Assembly: GCA_013359225.1 (NCBI GenBank)
Contig: JABWCG010000003.1
Location: 48,783-112,782, forward strand
Reading direction: 5' to 3'
Source: Candidatus Buchananbacteria bacterium
GTDB lineage: Bacteria > Patescibacteriota > Patescibacteriia > Buchananbacterales > UBA6539
DNA length: 64,000 nucleotides
Part shown: positions 47,940 to 56,418 of the stretch, one piece after another
Layout of the letters: every line of letters starts with the position of its first letter
How positions within the stretch are numbered: position 1 is the stretch's first letter
Program-made: the position numbers and the translations under genes
Notes under the pieces: generated by a model
Database searches by the model: none
The model's input: only the letters and a program-made list of their open reading frames with translations
What the model was told of the DNA's origin: nothing

Positions 47940-48494
47940 ATGGATACCAAAAAAAGTATATTAAAATTTATTTTTGTCGGTTATCTTTTTGCCCAAGTTA
48001 TTGAATTCCAGTTTAATATTCTAATCACCGGCAACATTGGCAATTGGATTTTTACGCTTTTATTCTACCCACTGTTGCTAACTCTAGCTTATTACTCAAC
48101 TAAGCTCATTAATAACATTCAAAACAAACAGCTAGGAAATTTCTTATATTTCCTTTTTTGGTCATGTTTCGGACTTTTTATTATGGAGTGGACGATTATT
48201 GGTAATTCACCCTGGAGCAACCCCGACGCTAACCAACTTGGTATGTTTTCCTTTTGGGCCGCGGTATTTATGATGCCTAAAATTTTTACCGATAAAAACG
48301 AACATCTCAAAAATTTAAAGAAAAATATTACTTACTATTTTGTAGCATACGCTCTAATCACAACTCCGCTAGGGCTGGTGCTGCCTCAAAATTTAAGACT
48401 GTTTGTACTAGTTTGGTTTGAAATTATCGGCTATACGGCCATGCATCTTTTTTATTTTTCTTACCTTAAAAATTATTCCATATCCACTAAATAA
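47940..48494 (+). CDS. Hypothetical polytopic membrane protein
   Basis: 184 aa, 5-6 hydrophobic helices. Confidence 0.4.
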   Translation: MDTKKSILKFIFVGYLFAQVIEFQFNILITGNIGNWIFTLLFYPLLLTLAYYSTKLINNIQNKQLGNFLYFLFWSCFGLFIMEWTIIGNSPWSNPDANQLGMFSFWAAVFMMPKIFTDKNEHLKNLKKNITYYFVAYALITTPLGLVLPQNLRLFVLVWFEIIGYTAMHLFYFSYLKNYSISTK

Positions 48495-48499
48495 ACAAC

Positions 48500-49003
48500 A
48501 TGTCACTTACTAAAAAATTAATCACACTTGGCGTCATTATCGCTTTAGTGTTGCTACTAGGGCTGGTTCTAATGTGGGCCGCAAACGAAAAAATACTGTC
48601 GTGTAAAAACGACGCATGTACCCAAGACATCAGGTTTGTCTGCCACAATAACGGCGAAACAAAAATGGTTCCTGGGGCATGTACCTGTGGTAAAGATTAC
48701 AGCTACTACCTCGACCATGGCTGGTACAATTGTGGCGATAAAACGACATACCCTAAAACAGCGTTACGCGAAGAACAAATAAAACTGGCCATTGAGCGCG
48801 CTAGGTATTGTAATGTCAAAGAAGACTGCGTCATCATCAATTCAAAATGTCCATTCGGTTGTTCAATCGCGATAAACAAAGACCAGGCCGAAACGATAAC
48901 CGGCTTAATCGAAAACTTTGATTCTGATTGTGTATATGATTGTCTCGCTGCTAAAGATTTTGATTGTGTCAATAATCAATGCGTCGTCATCCAACCATAT
49001 TAA
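48500..49003 (+). CDS. Hypothetical Cys-rich exported protein (N-terminal TM anchor, about 16 Cys)
   Basis: 167 aa. Hydrophobic helix TLGVIIALVLLLGLVLMW, then a Cys-rich ectodomain. Confidence 0.4.
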   Translation: MSLTKKLITLGVIIALVLLLGLVLMWAANEKILSCKNDACTQDIRFVCHNNGETKMVPGACTCGKDYSYYLDHGWYNCGDKTTYPKTALREEQIKLAIERARYCNVKEDCVIINSKCPFGCSIAINKDQAETITGLIENFDSDCVYDCLAAKDFDCVNNQCVVIQPY

Positions 49004-49067
49004 AATTCTTTCCTTGTGTAATATTTTCTAGTATAATTGGTAAACAATAAATTAAAACAATCATAAA

Positions 49068-50282
49068 ATGAAAAAAGTTTTAGTACTACTAACGTTATTA
49101 TCATTGCTTTACCCGAGCTGGTCGCAGGCGGCACAAACCGAAAAATTAAATGAAGCCCTCAAGGGCCGAATTCTGCTCCAGGTAGAAAGCTACGGCCGCG
49201 CCTGGTACGTCGACCCTGTTACGCTGGAGCGCTACTACCTCAAAGACGGCTACACCGCATACACCATTATGCGTCAAATGAGCCTCGGTATCACTAACAA
49301 AGATCTGGCTAAAATTCCCACTAAACGGGGGCAAAAGGCCGATAGCAAGCTCGTTAATCGCCTCAAGGGCCGAATTCTGCTCCAGGTAGAAAAAAATGGT
49401 GAGGCGTGGTACGTCAACCCCGTTGATGGTCTGCGTTACTATCTCCAAAACGGCGAAGCCGCCTATGAACTAATGAGGGAATTTTCGCTTGGCATTAGCA
49501 ACGAAAACCTTGCCACTATTCCTATGAACACCAAACAGATTGTTCACGACACCTGTTTTAATGACGTTGCACATGTTAAATATGACGGTAAAACTTTTTC
49601 CGGCGAATATAATGCCGATCAAATTTTACCATTAGCCTCACTCAGCAAACTAATGACCGCTTTAGTGCTGCTTGATTTGGATCCCGACTGGAACAAAATC
49701 ATTACTATTACTGCTGATCAAATCAAATATCCAACACTATATGTTGGCAATGACACCACCAGCGAAATTGATCTGGCAGTCGGCGATACCATGACTATTA
49801 ACGATTTGTGGATTGCCATGCTAGTAGCCTCATCCAATCAGGCCGCCGCAACATTGGTTGACACCACCGGCCTAACCAGATCAGAATTCGTTTCTTTAAT
49901 GAATAAAAAAGCACAGGAACTCGGATTAACCAAAACTGTTTTTTATGATGTTGCCGGACTTGACTCTCATAATGTCACCACCGCCAAAGAAATGGCAAGA
50001 ATCGCTCATGAAGCTTTTTCAAAACCAGAAATTGTTACAGCAGGAGAAAATAAAAACTACACAATTAACGCAACGTCCGCAACCGGTCAGGCTAAACAAA
50101 TAAAAGTTCTCGACCGCAATTACAGCCTTGGTAAATTTAACCCTGAGGCGTCAAAAACCGGATTTTTAGTTGAAGCCCAGCGAACTGTAGCAATTAAAAA
50201 AGACGGCCAAATTATTGTCGTCATGCATGCTTTATCCATGTCTCAACGAAACAGCGCTATTGAAAAGTTGCTTGCGTTATAA
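49068..50282 (+). CDS. D-alanyl-D-alanine carboxypeptidase (serine peptidase S11, PBP5-like) with an N-terminal tandem-duplicated ~68-aa domain
   Basis: Signal peptide. SxxK (ASLSKLMTAL), SxN (ASSNQ) and KTG (SKTGF) motifs. N-terminal repeats LKGRILLQVE..G.AWYV.PV...RYYL..G.AY..MR..SLGI.N..LA.IP occur twice. Confidence 0.8.
   Translation: MKKVLVLLTLLSLLYPSWSQAAQTEKLNEALKGRILLQVESYGRAWYVDPVTLERYYLKDGYTAYTIMRQMSLGITNKDLAKIPTKRGQKADSKLVNRLKGRILLQVEKNGEAWYVNPVDGLRYYLQNGEAAYELMREFSLGISNENLATIPMNTKQIVHDTCFNDVAHVKYDGKTFSGEYNADQILPLASLSKLMTALVLLDLDPDWNKIITITADQIKYPTLYVGNDTTSEIDLAVGDTMTINDLWIAMLVASSNQAAATLVDTTGLTRSEFVSLMNKKAQELGLTKTVFYDVAGLDSHNVTTAKEMARIAHEAFSKPEIVTAGENKNYTINATSATGQAKQIKVLDRNYSLGKFNPEASKTGFLVEAQRTVAIKKDGQIIVVMHALSMSQRNSAIEKLLAL
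49158..49392 (+). repeat. Intragenic direct repeat: exact 31-bp copies at 49158-49188 and 49362-49392 (ctcaagggccgaattctgctccaggtagaaa), part of a 204-bp domain duplication
   Basis: Read directly in the sequence. The copies are in frame (204 nt apart) and encode LKGRILLQVE in both repeats. Confidence 0.6.
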
Positions 50283-50306
50283 AGTGGAGACCACTATACT
50301 TAAGAT

Positions 50307-50702
50307 ATGACGGAGATTAATAAAACATTTAAAATCTACGGCGACAATGAAGGAGTCCTCTATTTGGATTTTTTAGAAAATGTTCAGGACGTTGCTTCAA
50401 ACGTTTCGCAAGCCGAAGGCATTAATCAAAAATTAAATCAAATTTTTTCCGATCATCCGGAAAAAAAATTTAAGTTGTTGGTTGACCTGAGTTTAGTCAG
50501 TCAATCAGCCCACTATCCATCACCCCGCGCCCGAGCGATTTTTGCGGAAATGGCAGGTAAAGAGCAGCTTGAACGGATAGCGGTCGTTGCGCCGAATACT
50601 CTAAGCCGGGCCATTATGGGCTTTGTTATTCGAGCGGCTAATGCTAAAAAACCGATAAAATTTTTTAGTACCAGAGCCGACGCTTCAGCTTGGTTAAAAT
50701 AA
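50307..50702 (+). CDS. STAS/SpoIIAA-like domain protein (anti-sigma-factor antagonist-like fold)
   Basis: 131 aa. C-terminal IAVVAPNTLSRAIMGFVIRAAN...IKFFSTRADASAWL resembles the STAS-domain C-terminus. Confidence 0.4.
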   Translation: MTEINKTFKIYGDNEGVLYLDFLENVQDVASNVSQAEGINQKLNQIFSDHPEKKFKLLVDLSLVSQSAHYPSPRARAIFAEMAGKEQLERIAVVAPNTLSRAIMGFVIRAANAKKPIKFFSTRADASAWLK

Positions 50703-50740
50703 AACATACCCCGCATAATATACGGGGTATGTTTTTTATT
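50701..50740. terminator. Bidirectional rho-independent terminator
   Basis: aacataccccg-cataatata-cggggtatgtt followed by a T6 run. Confidence 0.7.
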
Positions 50741-50748
50741 TAAAAATT

Positions 50749-51027
50749 TTAACTCTTCAAGGCTTCCTTAAGATTCTTACCGGCTTTAAATTTTGGGACG
50801 GTAACTGAAGGAATATCAATTTTTTCGGAAGGGTTACGGGGATTAACGCCAACTCGTCCTTTGCGAGTTCTGGCAGAAAAAGCACCAAAGCCGGTCAACG
50901 TTACCTCCTGACCTTCTTTCAGTTTGCCAATAATAGTATCAAGCATAACATCAATCACATCTTCTGTTTCTTTTTTTGAAACACCGACTTTCTCTGAGAT
51001 TGCTTCAATTAACTCGGCTTTATTCAT
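50749..51027 (-). CDS. hup: DNA-binding protein HU
   Basis: Start taken at MNKAELIE, 8 nt after the SD sequence aaggag. HU signature GFGAFSARTRKGRVGVNPRNPSEKIDIP. Confidence 0.9.
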   Translation of the reverse strand: MNKAELIEAISEKVGVSKKETEDVIDVMLDTIIGKLKEGQEVTLTGFGAFSARTRKGRVGVNPRNPSEKIDIPSVTVPKFKAGKNLKEALKS

Positions 51028-51099
51028 TTTGATATTCTCCTTGTGTGCCACTCCCTGGATGCTAGGTGGCGTTAGTATTTTTTAGATAATAATAGTTTA

Positions 51100-51894
51100 C
51101 TATACCCTAATTGTTCTGTCTAGACGCTCAAACGAAATCGCTTGCCGGGTGCGTGGATCAACTTCAACCAATACGGCGCCGACAAAAACTTCTCCTTCTT
51201 CAGGGATATCAAGTTGCATCGGCAGCTGATGTAAAAATGAATTGATAATCGGCTCTTTCTTGTCGCCGATGATTGAATCCGTTGCGCCGACCATCCCGAC
51301 ATCTGAGACAAATGCCGTGCCTCCCGGCAAGATTCTGGCGTCAGCGGTCGGCACATGTGTATGTGTTCCCAAAACAGCCGAAACCCGACCATCAGCGTAC
51401 CAGCCCATTGCTCCTTTTTCCGAAGTTGCCTCAGCGTGAAAATCAAGAATAATCGCCGACAATGACTCAACTTTAACCTGCTGTAAAATTTCGTCTAGCT
51501 TACGAAACGGACAATCAAAATCACGCTTCATAAACACTCGGCCAATCAAATTTATAATCAGCACCTTGCGTGAACCAACTTCAATAACTCGATATCCAAC
51601 ACCACGAACGCCAGCCGGATAATTAGCCGGACGAATAATTACCGGCTTAGTCGCTGAAACTAAATTTACACCGTCAGGTTTGTCAAAAATGTGGTCGCCT
51701 GAAGTAAAGAAGTCAATACCAGCTTCTTGCAATTCCCGAATAATATTTTCAGTGACACCAATACCATGAGCAGCATTTTCAGCGTTAGCAATTACTAAAT
51801 CGGGGGAGTACTCTTCCTTGAGTTTTGGCAAAACCTCTTTGATCGCCCGACGACTAATCTTGCCGACGATGTCACCAAAAAATAATATCTTCAT
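51100..51894 (-). CDS. ymdB: YmdB-like metallophosphoesterase (2',3'-cyclic-nucleotide 2'-phosphodiesterase, TIGR00282)
   Basis: 264 aa. MKILFFGDIVG, ANAENAAHG, GTHTHV motifs. Immediately downstream of rny, as in Bacillus. Confidence 0.85.
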   Translation of the reverse strand: MKILFFGDIVGKISRRAIKEVLPKLKEEYSPDLVIANAENAAHGIGVTENIIRELQEAGIDFFTSGDHIFDKPDGVNLVSATKPVIIRPANYPAGVRGVGYRVIEVGSRKVLIINLIGRVFMKRDFDCPFRKLDEILQQVKVESLSAIILDFHAEATSEKGAMGWYADGRVSAVLGTHTHVPTADARILPGGTAFVSDVGMVGATDSIIGDKKEPIINSFLHQLPMQLDIPEEGEVFVGAVLVEVDPRTRQAISFERLDRTIRV

Positions 51895-51895
51895 A

Positions 51896-53422
51896 TTAGC
51901 GAGCGTATTCTACTACTCGTGTTTCACGAATTACCGTGACTTTAATTTCACCAGGGTAACGCAACTCCGCTTCAATCTTACGTGCCATTTCCTGAGCCAA
52001 CTTCATCGCTTTTAAGTCGTCAATTTCTTCCGGCACCACAAAGACTCTAATTTCGCGACCGGCCTGAATAGCATAAGACTTTTCAACCCCCGGAAAAGCG
52101 TTGGCAACCTTTTCCAACTCTTCCAAGCGTTGCAAATATTGTTCATAAGAGTCTTTACGCGCACCAGGTCTCGCACCAGACACAGCATCGGCCACCTGAA
52201 CGATAATACATTCAAGCGTTTCCGGATTAGCGTCGTGGTGGGCTTTGGCAATATAGGCAATTTCTTCTGGTACGCCAAATTTCTTCAAGATGTCGTAACC
52301 AATCTGTGGGTGAGTACCCTGAACTTCATGATCAACCGCTTTACCGATGTCATGCAACAAACCACCTTTTTTAGCAATCGTCACATCAGCGCCTAGCATT
52401 TCTGCCAGCAACGCCGACAAATGAGCGATTTCAATTGAATGGTGTAAAATATTTTGGCCGTAGCTGGTTCGATATTTTAAACGGCCGACAATCTGGACCA
52501 ATTTTGGATCAAGTCCGGTAATACCAAGCTCATACACTGCATTTTCTCCAGCTTGCTGAATTTCAATTGCCAGTTCTTTTTTGGCGCTATCAATTGCTTC
52601 TTCAATTTTTGCCGGATGAATACGTCCGTCGGAAATTAACTTTTCCAGTGCCTTTTTGGCGACATGGCGACGGATTGGTGAAAAGCCCGAAATAGTAATG
52701 GCCTGAGGGGTATCGTCAACAATAATTTCCGTGCCGGTTAAGCGTTCAATGGTACGGATGTTTCGGCCCTCACGACCAATAACCCGACCCTTCATTTCAT
52801 CGGACGGTAAATCAATCGTGGTCGTAGTTCCTTCAGCAGCGTGTGACACGGCACAACGCTGAATCGCCAAAGCCAACATTTCTTTAGCCTTGCGATCCAG
52901 TTCAATCGAAGCCTGATTTTGTAATTTTCTAATTCGCCCCAAAAGCTCTTCGCCCATTTCACGCTCGGTATTATCCAGAAGCACTTTTTTAGCCTCCTCT
53001 TTAGTGAGCCCGGCGACTTTTTCCAATTTTTTATATTGCTGTTCGCGAATCTCAGCGATTTCTGCTTTCACTTTCTCAATTCGTTCGGCCTTATCAAGCA
53101 GCTCCTGTTTCTTGTTTTCAATTTCCAATAGCTTTTGGTCAAACAACGTTTCGCGTCCCTCTAAGCGCTTTTGCGCCCGCGCCAACTCCTGCTGACGGCT
53201 ACGCTCTTCAGCCTTAGCTTCTTCAATAATTTTTAACGCTTTATCGTTTGCTTCAAGCAACAATTCTTTTTGTTTTGCCTTTGCTTCATTGATCAAAACC
53301 TCTACCTTGGTCTCAACCAAATCTTTGCGCTTGACGGCCCACATCTTTCGCATTTGATAACCTAAACCCGTACCTGCGACAGCGGCCATAAACAAGGCAA
53401 TCAGCCAATAAATAATTTGCAT
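51896..53422 (-). CDS. rny: Ribonuclease Y
   Basis: 508 aa. N-terminal TM anchor, coiled-coil, KH domain (GREGRNIRTIERLTGTEIIVDD), HD domain (HSIEIAHLSA...HDIGKA). Confidence 0.92.
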   Translation of the reverse strand: MQIIYWLIALFMAAVAGTGLGYQMRKMWAVKRKDLVETKVEVLINEAKAKQKELLLEANDKALKIIEEAKAEERSRQQELARAQKRLEGRETLFDQKLLEIENKKQELLDKAERIEKVKAEIAEIREQQYKKLEKVAGLTKEEAKKVLLDNTEREMGEELLGRIRKLQNQASIELDRKAKEMLALAIQRCAVSHAAEGTTTTIDLPSDEMKGRVIGREGRNIRTIERLTGTEIIVDDTPQAITISGFSPIRRHVAKKALEKLISDGRIHPAKIEEAIDSAKKELAIEIQQAGENAVYELGITGLDPKLVQIVGRLKYRTSYGQNILHHSIEIAHLSALLAEMLGADVTIAKKGGLLHDIGKAVDHEVQGTHPQIGYDILKKFGVPEEIAYIAKAHHDANPETLECIIVQVADAVSGARPGARKDSYEQYLQRLEELEKVANAFPGVEKSYAIQAGREIRVFVVPEEIDDLKAMKLAQEMARKIEAELRYPGEIKVTVIRETRVVEYAR

Positions 53423-53756
53423 AAAATCTCCACAGCGGAAGATAGAACGTTGTACCTAGTGAGACTTCAAGTTGTTTGAGAGAGGGTTTTAACCACTGGC
53501 TGTACCAGACTGGCTAGAACCTAATGCTAAAACAAAGCACATTAAGTGCTTAGCGAGTGCTAATTTCCATTGTTAGCAAGAGTAATGATGATGCTCACAA
53601 AATTCGTAAAATTAATGGAAATAATTAACAATTTCGCACCTTATCTCGTCGTAAATCAACTAAAACTTCTATCTTACCAGTTAATTATCATTCTGCTTGA
53701 AAGACTATCATATTTTTTGATTTTTGGCAAGAGTTAGACAAAAACTAAGAAAAAAG

Positions 53757-53785
53757 AGCTAATTGCTTAGCTCCGTGTACAAAGA
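53757..53785 (-). terminator. Minus-strand terminator directly after the GC-rich small gene
   Basis: gagctaattgcttagctc hairpin preceded by aaaaaa on the plus strand. Confidence 0.5.
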
Positions 53786-53794
53786 ACGTATCTG

Positions 53795-54214
53795 CTAGTC
53801 GCAGACAGTGGGTGTGGCGACAAAATCGCCGCAGCAGGGGAGAATCGCCAAAGCCCAACGCAAGGTTCGGCCATGGTAGACCACTTCACTGACGCCAAAC
53901 CGCGCCGATGCCGGGATTTCTCCCTTTTTCTGGCTCTTGTCAAAAGCTTGGCGAAGCGACCTGATCGCCCGACCCTTCTTTTTGTCAAAGCGATACTTCA
54001 GCCACAGCAGTTGTGCCGCGGCCAAGTACTTACGTTGGCTAGTTCCACCAACCGGCTCAGAAATCAGACGAAACTCAATTTCGCCAGCGAATGGTTTGCC
54101 GTTGCCGACAAAACGGTCAAATGAAGGACGTAATACGCCCTCAGCCTGCATCAAAACGGGGCTTGCTACCATGGTACACATCTCCTCATTGGTTGCATCG
54201 ACCACCCAAAACAA
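53795..54214 (-). CDS. Hypothetical small protein encoded in a GC-rich ~420-bp segment; coding status uncertain, alternative is a structured RNA
   Basis: 139-aa ORF (MFWVVDATNEE...). About 55% GC. ORFs are open in several frames, as expected for GC-rich DNA. It is bracketed by terminator hairpins on both sides. No family recognised. Confidence 0.3.
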   Translation of the reverse strand: MFWVVDATNEEMCTMVASPVLMQAEGVLRPSFDRFVGNGKPFAGEIEFRLISEPVGGTSQRKYLAAAQLLWLKYRFDKKKGRAIRSLRQAFDKSQKKGEIPASARFGVSEVVYHGRTLRWALAILPCCGDFVATPTVCD

Positions 54215-54227
54215 AGAACGAAAAAAG

Positions 54228-54262
54228 CTAACCTTTTGGGGGAAAGATTAGCTTTTTTCGAT
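54228..54262. terminator. Bidirectional terminator downstream of clpP
   Basis: aaaaaagctaacc-ttttgggggaaag-attagcttttttc. Confidence 0.55.
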
Positions 54263-54461
54263 CAAAAAACTCTTCAACGACGAAGAGCTTTCTAACCATG
54301 GTATCTTCCCCGAAATTGGGCTGGAGTTAGCACTCAAGACGTTCACCGAAGTAAACCGAGTTGCTGGTCGCTATCGGGCCAGATCCCTTAGCAAGCGACA
54401 CTCTTGATAAACCTCAATTGTAATGATATGGCTATCTTAGCAAACTGCCATGGTTTGTCAA

Positions 54462-55037
54462 CTATTTAATAATCTTATCAATCAGGCCGTATTTTTTAGC
54501 CTCTTCGGCCGTCATAAAATAGTCACGATCAGTATCTTCTTCAATTTTCTTAAGCGGCTGACCAGTATGTTTGGACAACAGCTGATTAAGGCGGTCTTTG
54601 ATCTTCAAAATATGTTCCGCTCTAATTTTTACATCTGTTGCCTGTCCTTCTGCGCCACCCATCACTTGATGTACCATCACTTCGGAATTGGGCAGAGCAA
54701 TTCTTTTGCCCGGCTCACCAGCAGCTAACAGTACCGCACCCATCGAAGCGGCCATACCAACACAGATTGTTGACACGTCCGCCTTCACATATTGCATAGT
54801 GTCATAAATTGCTAAACCGGCAGTGACCGACCCGCCCGGACTGTTGATGTATAACTTAATGTCTTTTTTAGTGTCCTCGCTGTCCAAAAAAAGTAGCTGG
54901 GCAATTACCGTATTTGCAACGGCATCGTCAATCGGGGAACCTAAAAAAATGATTCGCTCTTTTAACAACCGAGAATAAATATCGTACGCGCGTTCACCAA
55001 ATGTTGATTTTTCAACCACTGTAGGAATTAAATACAT
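54462..55037 (-). CDS. clpP: ATP-dependent Clp protease proteolytic subunit
   Basis: 191 aa. [12 protein letters not shown] (active-site Ser), MGAAS...H and D triad context. Confidence 0.95.
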   Translation of the reverse strand: MYLIPTVVEKSTFGERAYDIYSRLLKERIIFLGSPIDDAVANTVIAQLLFLDSEDTKKDIKLYINSPGGSVTAGLAIYDTMQYVKADVSTICVGMAASMGAVLLAAGEPGKRIALPNSEVMVHQVMGGAEGQATDVKIRAEHILKIKDRLNQLLSKHTGQPLKKIEEDTDRDYFMTAEEAKKYGLIDKIIK

Positions 55038-55057
55038 ATTTTTGTAACTATTATTTA

Positions 55058-56020
55058 TTATTCAATCATCCAAGCGGTTTCATCAAGCTGTCTTAAACGG
55101 CCATAAAGTTTAAACCCTGCCGCCTTAATGTGTCCGCCGCCACCTAATATTGTAGCCAATTTTGAGACATCAATCAACTCATCATTAGTACGCAGACTGC
55201 CTTTGATAATGCCATCAGACTGCTGCTGCAAAATCAAAGCAGCCTTGACGCCGGTCAAATTGTTTAAAAAATTCGCAATGCCTTCATTTACTTCCGTCGC
55301 CAACCGTCCCTGCAAATCTTTCTCAACAACTGTGGCAATTACCACATCATATTCATAATTATAATACATTCGGCTCAAGATAGTGCCCCACACCTGCAGT
55401 GTTTTTAATTCTTTATTTTTCAAAATCGCGTCTGATACGTGCGACAATGAAGCACCAACTAATAAAAGATCTGATGCCACCTGCAAAGCCCGATCATTAG
55501 TATTGGGATTGGTAAAATTATAGGTGTCGCCAACAATCCCGGCCAACATAGCGCTAGCCATCCACGGCTTAATCTCAACGTGCAAGGTTTTAAAAAGCTC
55601 ATAGATAATCACGGACGTTGAACAAGCCTTAGTATCAATTAAATTAATGGCGCCAAACCTACTATTAGTAACATGATGATCAATATTAATAATCTTCTGA
55701 GTTGGTTGTACTACCTCCTGAATGCCGGCATAACTCAAATCACTTGAATCAACCACAACCACCACATCATGTTGACTACTAGTAATCTGCGCTGGATCAG
55801 TAACCAACTCTTTAAAATTGGTTAGCCATTCCAGGTTCGCCGGTGCGGCGTCACGACAAAATAAAGTATATGGTTTATTAATGCTATCAAGCCAACCGGC
55901 GATTGCCGACAGGCTACCAATCGCATCGGCATCAGGACGCTGATGGCAAACAACTAAAATCTGGCGAGCGCGATCAACTGCCTGATTAATTTGCTGAGCT
56001 AAAATACTATTATGCGACAT
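55058..56020 (-). CDS. nrnA: DHH-family phosphoesterase (NrnA-like bifunctional oligoribonuclease / pAp phosphatase)
   Basis: 320 aa. DHH motifs ([26 protein letters not shown]) and DHHA1 C-terminal GGGH. Confidence 0.85.
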   Translation of the reverse strand: MSHNSILAQQINQAVDRARQILVVCHQRPDADAIGSLSAIAGWLDSINKPYTLFCRDAAPANLEWLTNFKELVTDPAQITSSQHDVVVVVDSSDLSYAGIQEVVQPTQKIINIDHHVTNSRFGAINLIDTKACSTSVIIYELFKTLHVEIKPWMASAMLAGIVGDTYNFTNPNTNDRALQVASDLLLVGASLSHVSDAILKNKELKTLQVWGTILSRMYYNYEYDVVIATVVEKDLQGRLATEVNEGIANFLNNLTGVKAALILQQQSDGIIKGSLRTNDELIDVSKLATILGGGGHIKAAGFKLYGRLRQLDETAWMIE

Positions 56021-56061
56021 ACAAGTTAAACAAAAACTGGCTACTTTAGTAGCCAGTCATT

Positions 56062-56403
56062 CTAACTTGTTTCTTTGATTCGGTCAAGCAGTTCTTCAAT
56101 TGCGAAAGCCTTTTGCTCGGTGTCGTCAATCGCGAATCTGATTTGCGGCAGCGGCTTCATTGAGAGTTTTTGATGAAGCAGATACTGCAGGTGGGGCGTA
56201 TTTTTTTTAAGCTTTTCTAAAACTTTTCCGGTGTACATCGTCGGCATCACTGAAACCCACACCTTGGCGTGGCGCAAATCCTTTGAAGTTTGGACTGAAA
56301 TAATAGTAGCCAGAGTATTTTTAGGAAACTCAATTTCAGTCAGAATCAATGAGTTGAGCTGCTGCCTGATTAATTCATTAATTTGAGCAATCCGATGAGA
56401 CAT
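56062..56403 (-). CDS. rbfA: Ribosome-binding factor A
   Basis: 113 aa. RIAQINELIRQQLNSLI, KH-like fold pattern. Downstream of infB. Confidence 0.85.
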   Translation of the reverse strand: MSHRIAQINELIRQQLNSLILTEIEFPKNTLATIISVQTSKDLRHAKVWVSVMPTMYTGKVLEKLKKNTPHLQYLLHQKLSMKPLPQIRFAIDDTEQKAFAIEELLDRIKETS

Positions 56404-56418
56404 TAAATCTAAATTCTC

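Noticed and set aside
53795-54460. Possibility that the GC-rich segment and downstream spacer encode tmRNA, RNase P RNA or SRP RNA
   Set aside because: I looked for tmRNA ends (ggggctg... / ...tccacca with a T-arm), RNase P boxes (GGAAAGTCCGG, AGGGCAGG, ACAGAAACCCGGCTTA) and the SRP domain IV motif on both strands, and found none. The segment is left as an uncertain small CDS with an RNA alternative.
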